Source: a virus (taxonomy: Duplodnaviria; Caudoviricetes). From it: a stretch of DNA of 64,000 nt. The notes beneath the pieces are model-generated. The model was not told the DNA's origin and ran no database searches. It was given only the letters and a program-made list of their open reading frames with translations. Positions within the stretch are counted from its first letter, which is position 1. Every line of letters starts with the position of its first letter. The position numbers were made by a program, and so were the translations under genes. The DNA is taken from IMG/VR virus record IMGVR_UViG_3300027749_000034. One strand, given 5' to 3'. This document shows positions 18,787 through 27,211 of the stretch, in pieces.

Positions 18787-19069
18787 CGATTGGGACTCAA
18801 TTAAAAAAGCATTGCGGTCCATGGGCGATATTGAAAAACATTCGCTTGACACACAGTGGTTAATATGCTACAATGATGGTACTAGGAAACTTGTATTAGA
18901 TCACAATCACGACAACTTAGAAGAGATTTTACAAGCATTTTCAGATTTCTGCAAAGGTGCTGGATTTATCTTTGATGGTTTCGCTATTGTGGACGAAGAT
19001 GGTATTCCAGTTAACGGATTAAACTCTATAGCAAAGCTCGAGGACGATGATGAAGATAAAGCTGGTTAG
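18776..19069 (+). CDS. Hypothetical acidic protein
   Basis: In-operon ORF; start reassigned to ATG 18776. Confidence 0.5.
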   Translation: MATNDWDSIKKALRSMGDIEKHSLDTQWLICYNDGTRKLVLDHNHDNLEEILQAFSDFCKGAGFIFDGFAIVDEDGIPVNGLNSIAKLEDDDEDKAG

Positions 19070-19940
19070 TGATTTACATTTGGAATTTTCAGATGTTAAC
19101 ATTGTTAACAATGACAACTGTGATGTTCTAATCTTAGGTGGCGATATCTGTATCGCCCAGGATCTGCACGACCATCCCGAACCTAACAATACTAGCGAAC
19201 AGGCGGCTATTGCCAATGGCACCGGGCTAGGTCGCAGACAGCAGGCCGCACAGCGTTTTAGAGATTTCTTCAAGCGTTGTAGTTTTCAGTTCCCACATGT
19301 GATTTACATTATGGGCAATCATGAATTTTACAATGGCAAGTTCTATGCAGGTATTGATTACATGCGTGAAGAACTGGCCCGGTATCCTAACATCTATATG
19401 TTAGAAAATGACACTAAAATTATTCAAGACCGTAACAGAGACACAGGTGAAGTCACTGATGTTGTATTTGTTGGTGGTACCTTGTGGACTGATATGAACC
19501 GGCGTGACCCTCTTACTATGCATGCCATTGAAGGTATGATGAACGACTTTCGTATCATTCGTAATGATCAACGAAACTATGCTACTATGAGTGCGTTGGA
19601 TGTTGCAGTACGGCACGACAAGACACTGGGCTATATCAAGCATATTGTAAAAGAACACAATGACAAAAAGGTTGTAGTAGTTGGACATCACACTCCAAGC
19701 TTTCAAAGTTGTCACCCAATGTACAGCCGTGACACATTGATGAACGGTGGCTACCATAGTGAGTTGAGTGAGTTTATATTGGATCATCCACAGATCAAAC
19801 TGTGGACACATGGACATACTCATCATCCTTTTGATTATACAATTGGAGAGACCCGAGTGGTATGTAACCCACGAGGCTATCATCACAATGGTTACAGCGA
19901 AGATACAGGCTGGAATCCTAATTTGGTATTGGAGGTATAA
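19047..19940 (+). CDS. Calcineurin-like metallophosphoesterase
   Basis: SDLH, GGDI, GNHE, HH.P, HGHTH, CNPRGY. Confidence 0.9.
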   Translation: MMKIKLVSDLHLEFSDVNIVNNDNCDVLILGGDICIAQDLHDHPEPNNTSEQAAIANGTGLGRRQQAAQRFRDFFKRCSFQFPHVIYIMGNHEFYNGKFYAGIDYMREELARYPNIYMLENDTKIIQDRNRDTGEVTDVVFVGGTLWTDMNRRDPLTMHAIEGMMNDFRIIRNDQRNYATMSALDVAVRHDKTLGYIKHIVKEHNDKKVVVVGHHTPSFQSCHPMYSRDTLMNGGYHSELSEFILDHPQIKLWTHGHTHHPFDYTIGETRVVCNPRGYHHNGYSEDTGWNPNLVLEV

Positions 19941-20155
19941 TGAAGCCAGTTGACCCACCAGAAGCCCTGTGTGTTTGGATTATAGCCAGCCTCAGTTCAA
20001 CTGGCATGATGACAGGACATATTCCTTCTGCACCTGGGGCGGCTATCTTCCCGGGCTATTATGTTAAACTTGAAGATGCACAGCAAGAACAGATGTTATT
20101 AGCATTAAAGGGCACTAAGGCTCATGTGTTCCAACTAGACTTTCCAAGACCATGA
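19940..20155 (+). CDS. Hypothetical protein
   Basis: TAATG coupling, GGAGG RBS. Confidence 0.55.
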   Translation: MKPVDPPEALCVWIIASLSSTGMMTGHIPSAPGAAIFPGYYVKLEDAQQEQMLLALKGTKAHVFQLDFPRP

Positions 20156-20355
20156 AAACAAGAGAACAAATTATTACTAGAATGTGCTACACATGGCGAC
20201 ATGACTATGGACTCCGTAAAGGTGGCGCCGAGGACTACGGCACTAAATTCAGTGCTGGTATGACAGATGAAGAAGCAAGGTCATTATGGAATCAAATGGC
20301 TCAGATCTTTGATAACGATATTGCACCCTACATGGAAATTAAAAATGGACAGTAA
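20152..20355 (+). CDS. Hypothetical protein
   Basis: ATGA overlap; 67 aa. Confidence 0.55.
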   Translation: MKTREQIITRMCYTWRHDYGLRKGGAEDYGTKFSAGMTDEEARSLWNQMAQIFDNDIAPYMEIKNGQ

Positions 20356-20617
20356 ACTTTACGAAATTATGAACATTCTCTCGGAGGAATGTGCCGAAGT
20401 GATTCAGGCTGTTAGCAAATGCAATCGTTTTGGATTGGACAATATGAAGCCAGGCAAGCCGCTAACTAATGCACAGCACTTAGAAGGTGAAATTGGTGAT
20501 TTACTTGCCATGGTAGACCTGTTACAATCGTTGGGTGTAGTAACAGTCGAAGGCATGGAAGCCGCGAAGCAAGCCAAGTTTGAGAAACTAAAGAAATGGT
20601 CCAGCATATATGAATGA
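20345..20617 (+). CDS. MazG-like nucleotide pyrophosphohydrolase
   Basis: EECAEVIQAVSK...EGEIGDL (EExxE...ExxD all-alpha NTP-PPase motif); start reassigned to ATG 20345. Confidence 0.7.
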   Translation: MDSKLYEIMNILSEECAEVIQAVSKCNRFGLDNMKPGKPLTNAQHLEGEIGDLLAMVDLLQSLGVVTVEGMEAAKQAKFEKLKKWSSIYE

Positions 20618-21479
20618 ATTTAAAGTAAGCGAAATATTTTACAGCGCACAAGGCGAAGGTCGCTTTGTTGGCGTACCTAGTGTGTTCTTTAGAACATTTG
20701 GTTGTAACTTTAAGTGTGCGGGCTTTGGCTTGCCCACAGGTGAAAAGACCACTGAGCCAGATGACATTGGTAAAGTGGTACACCTGTACCCAACCTTCAA
20801 TGACTTACCACTGGCCAATACCGGTTGTGACAGTTACGCAAGCTGGCATCCTGCATTCAAACATCTAAGTCCTAACTATAGTGTTGAGCAGGCAGTTGAT
20901 GCTATGTTAGACTTGACACCCAACAATCACTGGGAACAGAACAATGGTAATGATGTACATTTGGTCATCACAGGTGGTGAGCCGTTGTTGGGTTGGCAAC
21001 AATTGTATCCTGCATTGTTAAGCAATAGCCGTATGAGTGACTTGGCCAATTTGACATTTGAAACAAATGGTACTCAGAAATTGCATGATGACTTTCATAC
21101 CTATCTGTTTGAAGAATGGACTAGGTTTGGCCGAGACCGCGACTATCTTACATTCAGTGTTAGCCCCAAGCTGACTTCCAGTGGTGAGAAATGGTCAGAT
21201 GCTATTAAACCTGATGTAGTTGTTGAATATCAAACACTTGGTTACACCTATTTAAAATTTGTAATTGACAACATCATGGACTTTAAAGAAGTAGACCAAG
21301 CAGTCGGTGAATACCGTGCGGCAGGCTTTGGTGGACAAGTTTATGTGATGCCGGTGGGCGGCACAGACAAAGCATACTTTTCTAACACAAGACACATTGC
21401 TGATGAAGCACTGGCCAGAGGCTATCGTTATAGTCCCAGGTTGCATGTTGACATTTGGTCCAATGGTTGGGGCAAGTGA
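20610..21479 (+). CDS. queE: 7-carboxy-7-deazaguanine synthase (radical SAM)
   Basis: EIFYSAQGEG, FRTFGCNFKC...GCDS, ITGGEP, ETNG, SPK, RLHV. Confidence 0.9.
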   Translation: MNEFKVSEIFYSAQGEGRFVGVPSVFFRTFGCNFKCAGFGLPTGEKTTEPDDIGKVVHLYPTFNDLPLANTGCDSYASWHPAFKHLSPNYSVEQAVDAMLDLTPNNHWEQNNGNDVHLVITGGEPLLGWQQLYPALLSNSRMSDLANLTFETNGTQKLHDDFHTYLFEEWTRFGRDRDYLTFSVSPKLTSSGEKWSDAIKPDVVVEYQTLGYTYLKFVIDNIMDFKEVDQAVGEYRAAGFGGQVYVMPVGGTDKAYFSNTRHIADEALARGYRYSPRLHVDIWSNGWGK

Positions 21480-21716
21480 TTGCCGTTTTATTACAGTCGT
21501 ACACAGATGTCTTCGTTTCACGATAAAGCATTTTGGAAATCAAGATTTCTTTGGAAGCCACGCAGATGTGAACTAACAGGAAAGTTACTGTGGTTAAGAT
21601 ATGCAGTAGAAGGTGTAGTTATATGGGCAGGCACATGGGCAGGCACAAATGAAGCAGTTGTTGAATTTCGTTATCATGACAAAAAGGAACACTTGATATG
21701 GCTACTAACACATTGA
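21480..21716 (+). CDS. Hypothetical protein
   Basis: Aromatic-rich ORF filling the gap; start uncertain. Confidence 0.45.
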   Translation: MPFYYSRTQMSSFHDKAFWKSRFLWKPRRCELTGKLLWLRYAVEGVVIWAGTWAGTNEAVVEFRYHDKKEHLIWLLTH

Positions 21717-22045
21717 AAGCGCAAGTACCAGCAGAAGGTATATTGAAGAAAAACGATTGGGGCGATGCCATGACCTATCAAGTGGTATGCGAATGTGGTG
21801 ATGATAATCACGATCATAATGTGTGGATCGAAGCTGATGATACCGGCGTTACTGTAACAACATACACACAACAAAAAAGCAAGTGGTGGGCATTGAATCG
21901 TTGGCAAAAGATATGGACTTTACTGACTCGAGGATACATTGAATATGAGGCCAGTATTATCATGCGAGAACAACAGGCTCTTAATTATGCAGAAACTTTG
22001 AAGACTGCAATCAAAGATGTAAAGAATTTTAAGAATAGTAAATGA
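21698..22045 (+). CDS. Hypothetical protein with CxC..H motif
   Basis: VCECGDDNHDH; AAGGA RBS. Confidence 0.6.
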   Translation: MATNTLKAQVPAEGILKKNDWGDAMTYQVVCECGDDNHDHNVWIEADDTGVTVTTYTQQKSKWWALNRWQKIWTLLTRGYIEYEASIIMREQQALNYAETLKTAIKDVKNFKNSK

Positions 22046-22329
22046 GTAATTTGATTGACATTTTAAGGATATATAACACTATGGCAACTTGGAAACATCT
22101 TTGTTTTTCTAACAATGTTATCAGTATCCTCCCATTGGCTGATGCTTGTAAACTCTGTGGTGTATCTAATGCTTTACAAAGTGTTAGATACGCCGGTTAT
22201 GATCCAAGGTCCTTGATTCAGCCTAAGAATGTTGATTCTAAGTTAGGCCAGTTAGCCGCATTATTTAAACCAAAGAAGAAGATTTCAATTGATGAGCACC
22301 AACATGACTACCTCGACAGGGCCGGATGA
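22042..22329 (+). CDS. Hypothetical protein
   Basis: In-operon ORF. Confidence 0.4.
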   Translation: MSNLIDILRIYNTMATWKHLCFSNNVISILPLADACKLCGVSNALQSVRYAGYDPRSLIQPKNVDSKLGQLAALFKPKKKISIDEHQHDYLDRAG

Positions 22330-22501
22330 GCATGCAAACAACACAAACCCATGCGTAGGTATTTGTGCAACAGATGGTGATGGCATGTGTATTGGTTGTT
22401 TCAGAACCGACGAAGAACGACTTGGCTGGTACAGCGAAACAGTTGAATGGAGAGAACAAGTTTTGATTAAATTAAAAGAGCGAGAAGAAAAATATGTTTA
22501 A
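22304..22501 (+). CDS. DUF1289-like Cys-rich protein
   Basis: NPCVGIC...CIGCFRT.EER..W. Confidence 0.7.
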   Translation: MTTSTGPDEHANNTNPCVGICATDGDGMCIGCFRTDEERLGWYSETVEWREQVLIKLKEREEKYV

Positions 22502-22817
22502 CTGGTTAAAAAACAAATTTAAAAGCAAAGAAACAGCAAAGTCAATGCGTGACAGTGCTGAGCCATGGGTTAATGTTATCAAAGCACATGTAGATCCAAA
22601 TAATCCAAAGTCAGGTTACTTTGAATTGGAATGGAATCCTGCCTTTGTTATATTCCTTAGAAAGAATGGGTATACTGGTATGGCGCCCGAAGAAATCGTA
22701 GATGCTTGGTTCACGGACCTATGTCGTAATGTGGGCCAAGATGGACAAGCCACTACTGATTTTATAGCAGATAGCGGCCGTGTTGCTACAAACGAAAAAA
22801 CAAAAAATCAATCTTGA
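22494..22817 (+). CDS. Hypothetical protein
   Basis: GYFELEWNPAFV...WFTDLCRN; overlaps upstream stop. Confidence 0.65.
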   Translation: MFNWLKNKFKSKETAKSMRDSAEPWVNVIKAHVDPNNPKSGYFELEWNPAFVIFLRKNGYTGMAPEEIVDAWFTDLCRNVGQDGQATTDFIADSGRVATNEKTKNQS

Positions 22818-22842
22818 CTTTGAGGGTAGCATCTGCTACAAT
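22814..22842 (+). promoter_or_regulatory. Sigma70-type promoter, probably yielding a leaderless mRNA
   Basis: TTGACT(22814-22819)-17 nt-TACAAT(22837-22842); ATG 6 nt downstream; GTAGCA-TC-TGCTAC inverted repeat at 22826-22839. Confidence 0.7.
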
Positions 22843-22848
22843 AACTAC

Positions 22849-23832
22849 ATGAGCTATTTAATTGTTGATGCCGCTAATCTTTTCTTCCGTGCCCGTCATG
22901 TGATCCGTACTGGTGATCCTGAGGAACGGGTTGCTATGAGTTATCATATTATTCTTTCTGCTGTTCTTAAACAATGGAAAGAGCGCAAGGGTCGGCATGT
23001 GGTGTTCTGCTTTGAAGGTCGAAGCTGGCGCAAGGATGTTTATAAACCTTATAAGGCTCAGCGTTCAGATGCCCGTGCTAAACACACAGTCAAAGAAGCT
23101 GAGGAAGAAAAGCTGTTCTGGGAAAGCTTTGATAAGTTTTATGAATACATTAGCACTCGTACCAATGTAACAGTATTGCGTAATCCTGTATGCGAAGCTG
23201 ATGATTTTATTGCTCGCTGGATACAACTGCATCCCAGTGACAACCATACTATTGTTTCAAGCGATGGCGACTTTGAACAATTGGTAGCTCCCAATGTTCA
23301 GTTATACAATGGCATTGCTGGAGTGCTGACCACGCACGAAGGTTACTTTGATGACAAGGGTAAAACCATTGTTGATAAAAAGACAAAGGAAGTAAAGCCT
23401 GCTCCTGATCCAGAATGGTTGCTGTTTGAGAAATGTATGCGTGGCGATACCAGCGACAACATCTTCAGTGCGTTTCCTGGAGTGCGTACCAAAGGTAGTA
23501 AAAACAAAGTGGGCCTACTGGAAGCCTTTGCTGATCGTCATAACAAAGGCTTCATGTGGAACAATCTCATGCTTCAGCGTTGGACCGACCATGAAGAAAT
23601 CGAACATGTGGTTAGAGATGATTACGAACGCAACCGAGCCATTATTGACCTAACAGCACAACCCGACAACATCAAGGCAATATTGGATCAAGGCATTGCC
23701 GAAGCTGTGCAACGAGAAAAATATCCTAGCGTGGGGCCGCATTTTATGAAGTTCTGTGGTAAGTATGGTTTACAGAAGGCTTCGGATAATGCTCAACAAC
23801 ACACTGACTGGCTGGCGGCCGGTTATAACTAA
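22849..23832 (+). CDS. rnh: 5'-3' exonuclease / T4 RNase H-like (FEN1/PIN fold)
   Basis: LIVDAAN, CEADD, SSDGDF, GDTSDNI; start reassigned to ATG 22849. Confidence 0.88.
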   Translation: MSYLIVDAANLFFRARHVIRTGDPEERVAMSYHIILSAVLKQWKERKGRHVVFCFEGRSWRKDVYKPYKAQRSDARAKHTVKEAEEEKLFWESFDKFYEYISTRTNVTVLRNPVCEADDFIARWIQLHPSDNHTIVSSDGDFEQLVAPNVQLYNGIAGVLTTHEGYFDDKGKTIVDKKTKEVKPAPDPEWLLFEKCMRGDTSDNIFSAFPGVRTKGSKNKVGLLEAFADRHNKGFMWNNLMLQRWTDHEEIEHVVRDDYERNRAIIDLTAQPDNIKAILDQGIAEAVQREKYPSVGPHFMKFCGKYGLQKASDNAQQHTDWLAAGYN

Positions 23833-24154
23833 ATTTGCCGTAATTGCACTGGTACTATATCTAGTATTAAAGTGCTTGCCAGTGTTGGCCGCGGTATTTC
23901 AAACCAATGTTCCATGGACTTGTGCCACCAGTGAAGAAGTAATAGGCAGTTTGGCCAGCGTAGGCGAAGAATTGGTCATTACCGGTGAAGTTGACTCGAT
24001 AGAGTTGTTGATGACTATATGGGCCAGCAGAACTACCGGAAATTGGACCATAGTAGCATCAGGAATGACAGCAGACGAAAGCAAAACCAGCTTGAGTTGT
24101 GTGGTACTAACTGGTAAAAATCTAAAATCGTTTAAAGCCAAAACATTCATTTAA
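23789..24154 (+). CDS. Hypothetical exported/membrane-anchored protein
   Basis: N-terminal hydrophobic segment, two Cys, TIWASRTTGNWTIV; start uncertain. Confidence 0.45.
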   Translation: MLNNTLTGWRPVITKFAVIALVLYLVLKCLPVLAAVFQTNVPWTCATSEEVIGSLASVGEELVITGEVDSIELLMTIWASRTTGNWTIVASGMTADESKTSLSCVVLTGKNLKSFKAKTFI

Positions 24155-24189
24155 GTAGTAGTTTATCCAGTCATTAAATATGCTGTTTT

Positions 24190-24197
24190 GATAAATA
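24190..24197 (+). promoter_or_regulatory. T4-late-type promoter
   Basis: GATAAATA then 5 nt then ATG 24203. Confidence 0.55.
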
Positions 24198-24202
24198 ACT
24201 GC

Positions 24203-24514
24203 ATGTCCAGACCCAAGCCAACCATTCTCCTTACCAATACTAACCCTCGCACATACAAAAGCGAAGAAGTGCTCGCGGCTGACGCCATCTATGCTGTATT
24301 CTACAAAGATAAACCCATCAATCTTCGTACACTAAACAGCCTAGTAAGTTATCCAGGCCCTAAATACAAAAAAGTCAGTTTCTCTAATCCAGGACATGCT
24401 TTTAACCTTGCTGATCGTTTAAATAAAATGTTCAAAGTTGAAGATTTTTCAGTCGTTGAATTAAAACAAGGACGCCGTATCAATGAGCAAGGAAATTCCT
24501 TTAAAGATCACTGA
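24203..24514 (+). CDS. Hypothetical protein
   Basis: MSRPKPTILL...YPGPKYKKVSFSNPGHAFNLA; ATG after late-type box. Confidence 0.7.
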   Translation: MSRPKPTILLTNTNPRTYKSEEVLAADAIYAVFYKDKPINLRTLNSLVSYPGPKYKKVSFSNPGHAFNLADRLNKMFKVEDFSVVELKQGRRINEQGNSFKDH

Positions 24515-24866
24515 GTATCTGGCTCAGTACCCTGTTCCGCACATTTGGGCAAGCACTAAGATAACGCCTTACACGGTGTTTAAAAATTATCAACCAGGCC
24601 GTCAAAAAGGTCTTCGTTTAACCAGCTTTGGTTGGGAACTGATGCGACCTCATTTTAGGTATTGGTCTTATCAATGTCCTGTTGGTTGGAGTCCCAAGCC
24701 TGGTCACCTAATAGGCCTAGAGCGACATCTGGATTGGCCATACTATCACGGAGCCGGTTACTTTCGTATATTCGGCGAACAGGATGCAATGGAAATTCGA
24801 TTGGTCAATGAAGATATCATATTATGGTTAGATGGGCTGAGTCGAAAAGCACAAGGCAAAGGTTAG
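24483..24866 (+). CDS. Hypothetical protein
   Basis: 127 aa, aromatic-rich, AAGGA upstream. Confidence 0.6.
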   Translation: MSKEIPLKITEYLAQYPVPHIWASTKITPYTVFKNYQPGRQKGLRLTSFGWELMRPHFRYWSYQCPVGWSPKPGHLIGLERHLDWPYYHGAGYFRIFGEQDAMEIRLVNEDIILWLDGLSRKAQGKG

Positions 24867-24888
24867 CGTCGGTAACTTCTCTGCATCC

Positions 24889-24896
24889 TATAAATA
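24889..24896 (+). promoter_or_regulatory. T4-late-type promoter
   Basis: Exact TATAAATA then 5 nt then ATG 24902. Confidence 0.65.
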
Positions 24897-24901
24897 TCAA
24901 C

Positions 24902-25336
24902 ATGCAAAATTGGCAACCATATGTTAGAGCCGGGTGGGAAATTGTTGTAGAAGCCCAGGGTGCTAGTCAGACTTTTTTAGAGCCTGATGTAGAGGCATTT
25001 TTAGTTCACACCATTGCCCGCACAATGGAACGCACTGATATTTGGAACGAACCAATTGCCATTAAAATTCTAAGCGCACAGTCCCTGCCAGGTATCAAGC
25101 GAAAACCAATCATGCGAGAGATTGGAGAAGAATGCTTGTTCATTGATGGGTGGGGTATCAAGCAACCAAGATGGCCTAATCCTAAATACTTTGCTGACAT
25201 GGGAGAAATTGCATTTGGCATGGCCAGTACCTCATCCAATCCTGCAGATGAGCTGTTAGAGTTAGTGAGTACTAACTTTGTGCGTATGAGTTCCATATTA
25301 AAGCAGGCAAAAACGCTGTTTCTGCTTAAAAATTAA
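24902..25336 (+). CDS. Hypothetical all-alpha protein
   Basis: Start reassigned to ATG 24902 (MQNWQPYV). Confidence 0.6.
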   Translation: MQNWQPYVRAGWEIVVEAQGASQTFLEPDVEAFLVHTIARTMERTDIWNEPIAIKILSAQSLPGIKRKPIMREIGEECLFIDGWGIKQPRWPNPKYFADMGEIAFGMASTSSNPADELLELVSTNFVRMSSILKQAKTLFLLKN

Positions 25337-25364
25337 GCAATAAGTTGTTGTAAAAATACAACAA
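25323..25364. repeat. Two tandem perfect inverted repeats
   Basis: TGCTTAA-AAA-TTAAGCA (25323-25339) and TTGTTGTA-AAAA-TACAACAA (25345-25364). Confidence 0.8.
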
Positions 25365-25382
25365 AAATAGTCAAAAAACAGG

Positions 25383-25411
25383 TTGACTCTTGGCTCTAGT
25401 TGCCATATAAT
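25383..25411 (+). promoter_or_regulatory. Strong sigma70-type (early) promoter
   Basis: A-tract then TTGACT(25383-25388)-17 nt-TATAAT(25406-25411). Confidence 0.85.
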
Positions 25412-25420
25412 AGTAACACT

Positions 25421-25585
25421 ATGAAACGGACAATCCTTACTTTAAAGTTTAAAGCGCCAAAGCGTAGAGCTATTGAGCTGTACCATGCTGACAGTCCTTT
25501 TAGGGCCAAAGTTGTGGAAAGCAAAAAAGTCTACAAAAGAGGTGCTAAGAACCAAAAAGAGGTTGACAAGGATCTGGGTCTGTAG
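25421..25585 (+). CDS. Small basic protein with ArfA-like pattern
   Basis: 54 aa, K/R-rich; AIELYHADSPFRAKVVESKKVYKR; start at ATG 25421 just after the promoter. Confidence 0.5.
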   Translation: MKRTILTLKFKAPKRRAIELYHADSPFRAKVVESKKVYKRGAKNQKEVDKDLGL

Positions 25586-25591
25586 TATAGT
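25563..25591 (+). promoter_or_regulatory. Sigma70-type (early) promoter
   Basis: A-tract then TTGACA(25563-25568)-17 nt-TATAGT(25586-25591). Confidence 0.75.
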
Positions 25592-25597
25592 ATACAT

Positions 25598-25618
25598 ATT
25601 GCGGAACAGTTCCGCAAT
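25598..25618. promoter_or_regulatory. 21-bp perfect palindrome at the predicted transcription start (operator-like)
   Basis: ATTGCGGAAC-A-GTTCCGCAAT. Confidence 0.6.
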
Positions 25619-25646
25619 GTTTTTAAACACACACAGGAGTATTTTT

Positions 25647-26003
25647 ATGTCTAAAGTTCTTTCGCAAACACCTACCGCAATCCGTAAGCGTGAAGCTCGT
25701 GCCCGGGCCAAGTCCATGGCATCTGTTGCTACTGCTCCAATTGCGCCTGCTGTTGTCACTGCCGCAATTGAAGCAGTTACCAACGGTGAGACTTTTACCC
25801 ATGTTGGATATGCTGTTAGCAAAAACGGCAAAGGTGCAGTTCGTTACACAAACGACAAGCGCCGTACTCGTACTCTAGTCCGTGCAGGTTGCACAGATGT
25901 CAAGTTTGTCGAGTTGCCTTTTGCAATGACAAAAGAAGCCATTGATGCTTCTGAGTTTGTTGCTCAAGTTAGCCCTGCAGTTTCTGCAGAAGCAGTTGCG
26001 TGA
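25647..26003 (+). CDS. Hypothetical protein (basic N-terminus, Ala-rich linker)
   Basis: AGGAG RBS supports ATG 25647 (MSKVLSQT). Confidence 0.7.
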   Translation: MSKVLSQTPTAIRKREARARAKSMASVATAPIAPAVVTAAIEAVTNGETFTHVGYAVSKNGKGAVRYTNDKRRTRTLVRAGCTDVKFVELPFAMTKEAIDASEFVAQVSPAVSAEAVA

Positions 26004-26008
26004 TAACA

Positions 26009-26044
26009 ACAGGGGTTGACAACAACCCCTGTGTTTGCTATAAT
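26009..26044 (+). promoter_or_regulatory. Consensus sigma70 promoter whose -35 sits within a 10-bp hairpin
   Basis: TTGACA(26016-26021)-17 nt-TATAAT(26039-26044) with TGC extension; ACAGGGGTTG-ACAA-CAACCCCTGT at 26009-26032. Confidence 0.85.
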
Positions 26045-26082
26045 TATTTTATTAATTAACAACCCCTAGTAGGAGCCACCAA

Positions 26083-27180
26083 ATGGGAAATCAAGTAGAA
26101 ACCCGCACCGTTAAAATTAGCGAGTGCAAACCTATCCTGCGCCGAGCAGTACAAAAGCGTCGACCAGTCTTTGTCTGGGGCCCTCCGGGCGTAGGCAAAA
26201 GTGACATGGTAAACCAGGTTGCCGCAGAATGGCCCAATTCCGCAGTCGTGGACTTGCGTATGGCCCTAATGGATCCTACAGATATTAAGGGTGTCCCTTA
26301 TTATAGTGCAGGTGACAATACTATGAAGTGGGCTACCCCTTCAGAATTGCCTACCGAGGAATTTGCAAAAGAATACGACATTGTATTCTTGTTCTTGGAC
26401 GAGCTTAACTCTGCTCCTCCTGCTGTACAGGCCGCGGCCTATCAGCTTATCCTTAACCGCAAAGTTGGACAGTATAAACTGCCAGACAATGTTGTACTAA
26501 TTGCCGCAGGCAACCGAATGGGTGATAAAGGTGTCACCTATCGTATGCCTAGCCCACTGGCCAACCGCTTCATGCACTTGGAAATCCGTGTGGACTTTGA
26601 AGACTGGGAACAATGGGCCATCATGCATGAAGTCCATCCGCATGTGGTTGGCTTCTTGAAGCAGTTCAAAGGCGACTTATACAACTTTGATCCTACGCAA
26701 CACGACCGTGCCTTTGCTACTCCTCGTACATGGAGTTTTGTAAGCGACATGATTGATGACGACATGCCAGACAGCGCCAACACAGACATGGTATCTGGCC
26801 TAGTAGGTGAAGGTATGGCAATTAAGTTTATGAGCCATCGTAAACATGCCGCAGACTTGCCAGCGCCAGAAGATGTGCTGTCAGGCAAAGTTACCACTTT
26901 CAAGAGCAAAGAGGTAAGTGCCGCTTATGCAATGGTTACCAGCTTGAGCTACGAACTTCGTACACGATACGAATCCGGCAAGCGGAGCGGCAAGTTGGAC
27001 GAGTTCAACAAGAGTGCAGATAACTGGCTAGGTTTTATGATGAGTAACTTTGAACCAGAGATGGTTATCATGGGAGCTCATACTGTATTGAAGTCCTACA
27101 AGGTAGTGTTTGATCGTAAGAAGATGACCAACTTCCCCGAGTTCTTCAAACGCTATGCCAACTTACTCACAGACGAGTAA
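26083..27180 (+). CDS. MoxR-type AAA+ ATPase
   Basis: Walker A GPPGVGKS, Walker B LFLDELNSA, AAGNR, SPLANRF, ATPRTW. Confidence 0.9.
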   Translation: MGNQVETRTVKISECKPILRRAVQKRRPVFVWGPPGVGKSDMVNQVAAEWPNSAVVDLRMALMDPTDIKGVPYYSAGDNTMKWATPSELPTEEFAKEYDIVFLFLDELNSAPPAVQAAAYQLILNRKVGQYKLPDNVVLIAAGNRMGDKGVTYRMPSPLANRFMHLEIRVDFEDWEQWAIMHEVHPHVVGFLKQFKGDLYNFDPTQHDRAFATPRTWSFVSDMIDDDMPDSANTDMVSGLVGEGMAIKFMSHRKHAADLPAPEDVLSGKVTTFKSKEVSAAYAMVTSLSYELRTRYESGKRSGKLDEFNKSADNWLGFMMSNFEPEMVIMGAHTVLKSYKVVFDRKKMTNFPEFFKRYANLLTDE

Positions 27181-27211
27181 ACGACAAAGGAACTGGGCCG
27201 TACTTGAAATA

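Noticed and set aside
26075-26085. GCCACC-ATG as a eukaryotic Kozak signal implying a eukaryotic virus
   Set aside because: It follows a GGAG Shine-Dalgarno under sigma70 promoters in a clearly bacteriophage gene set
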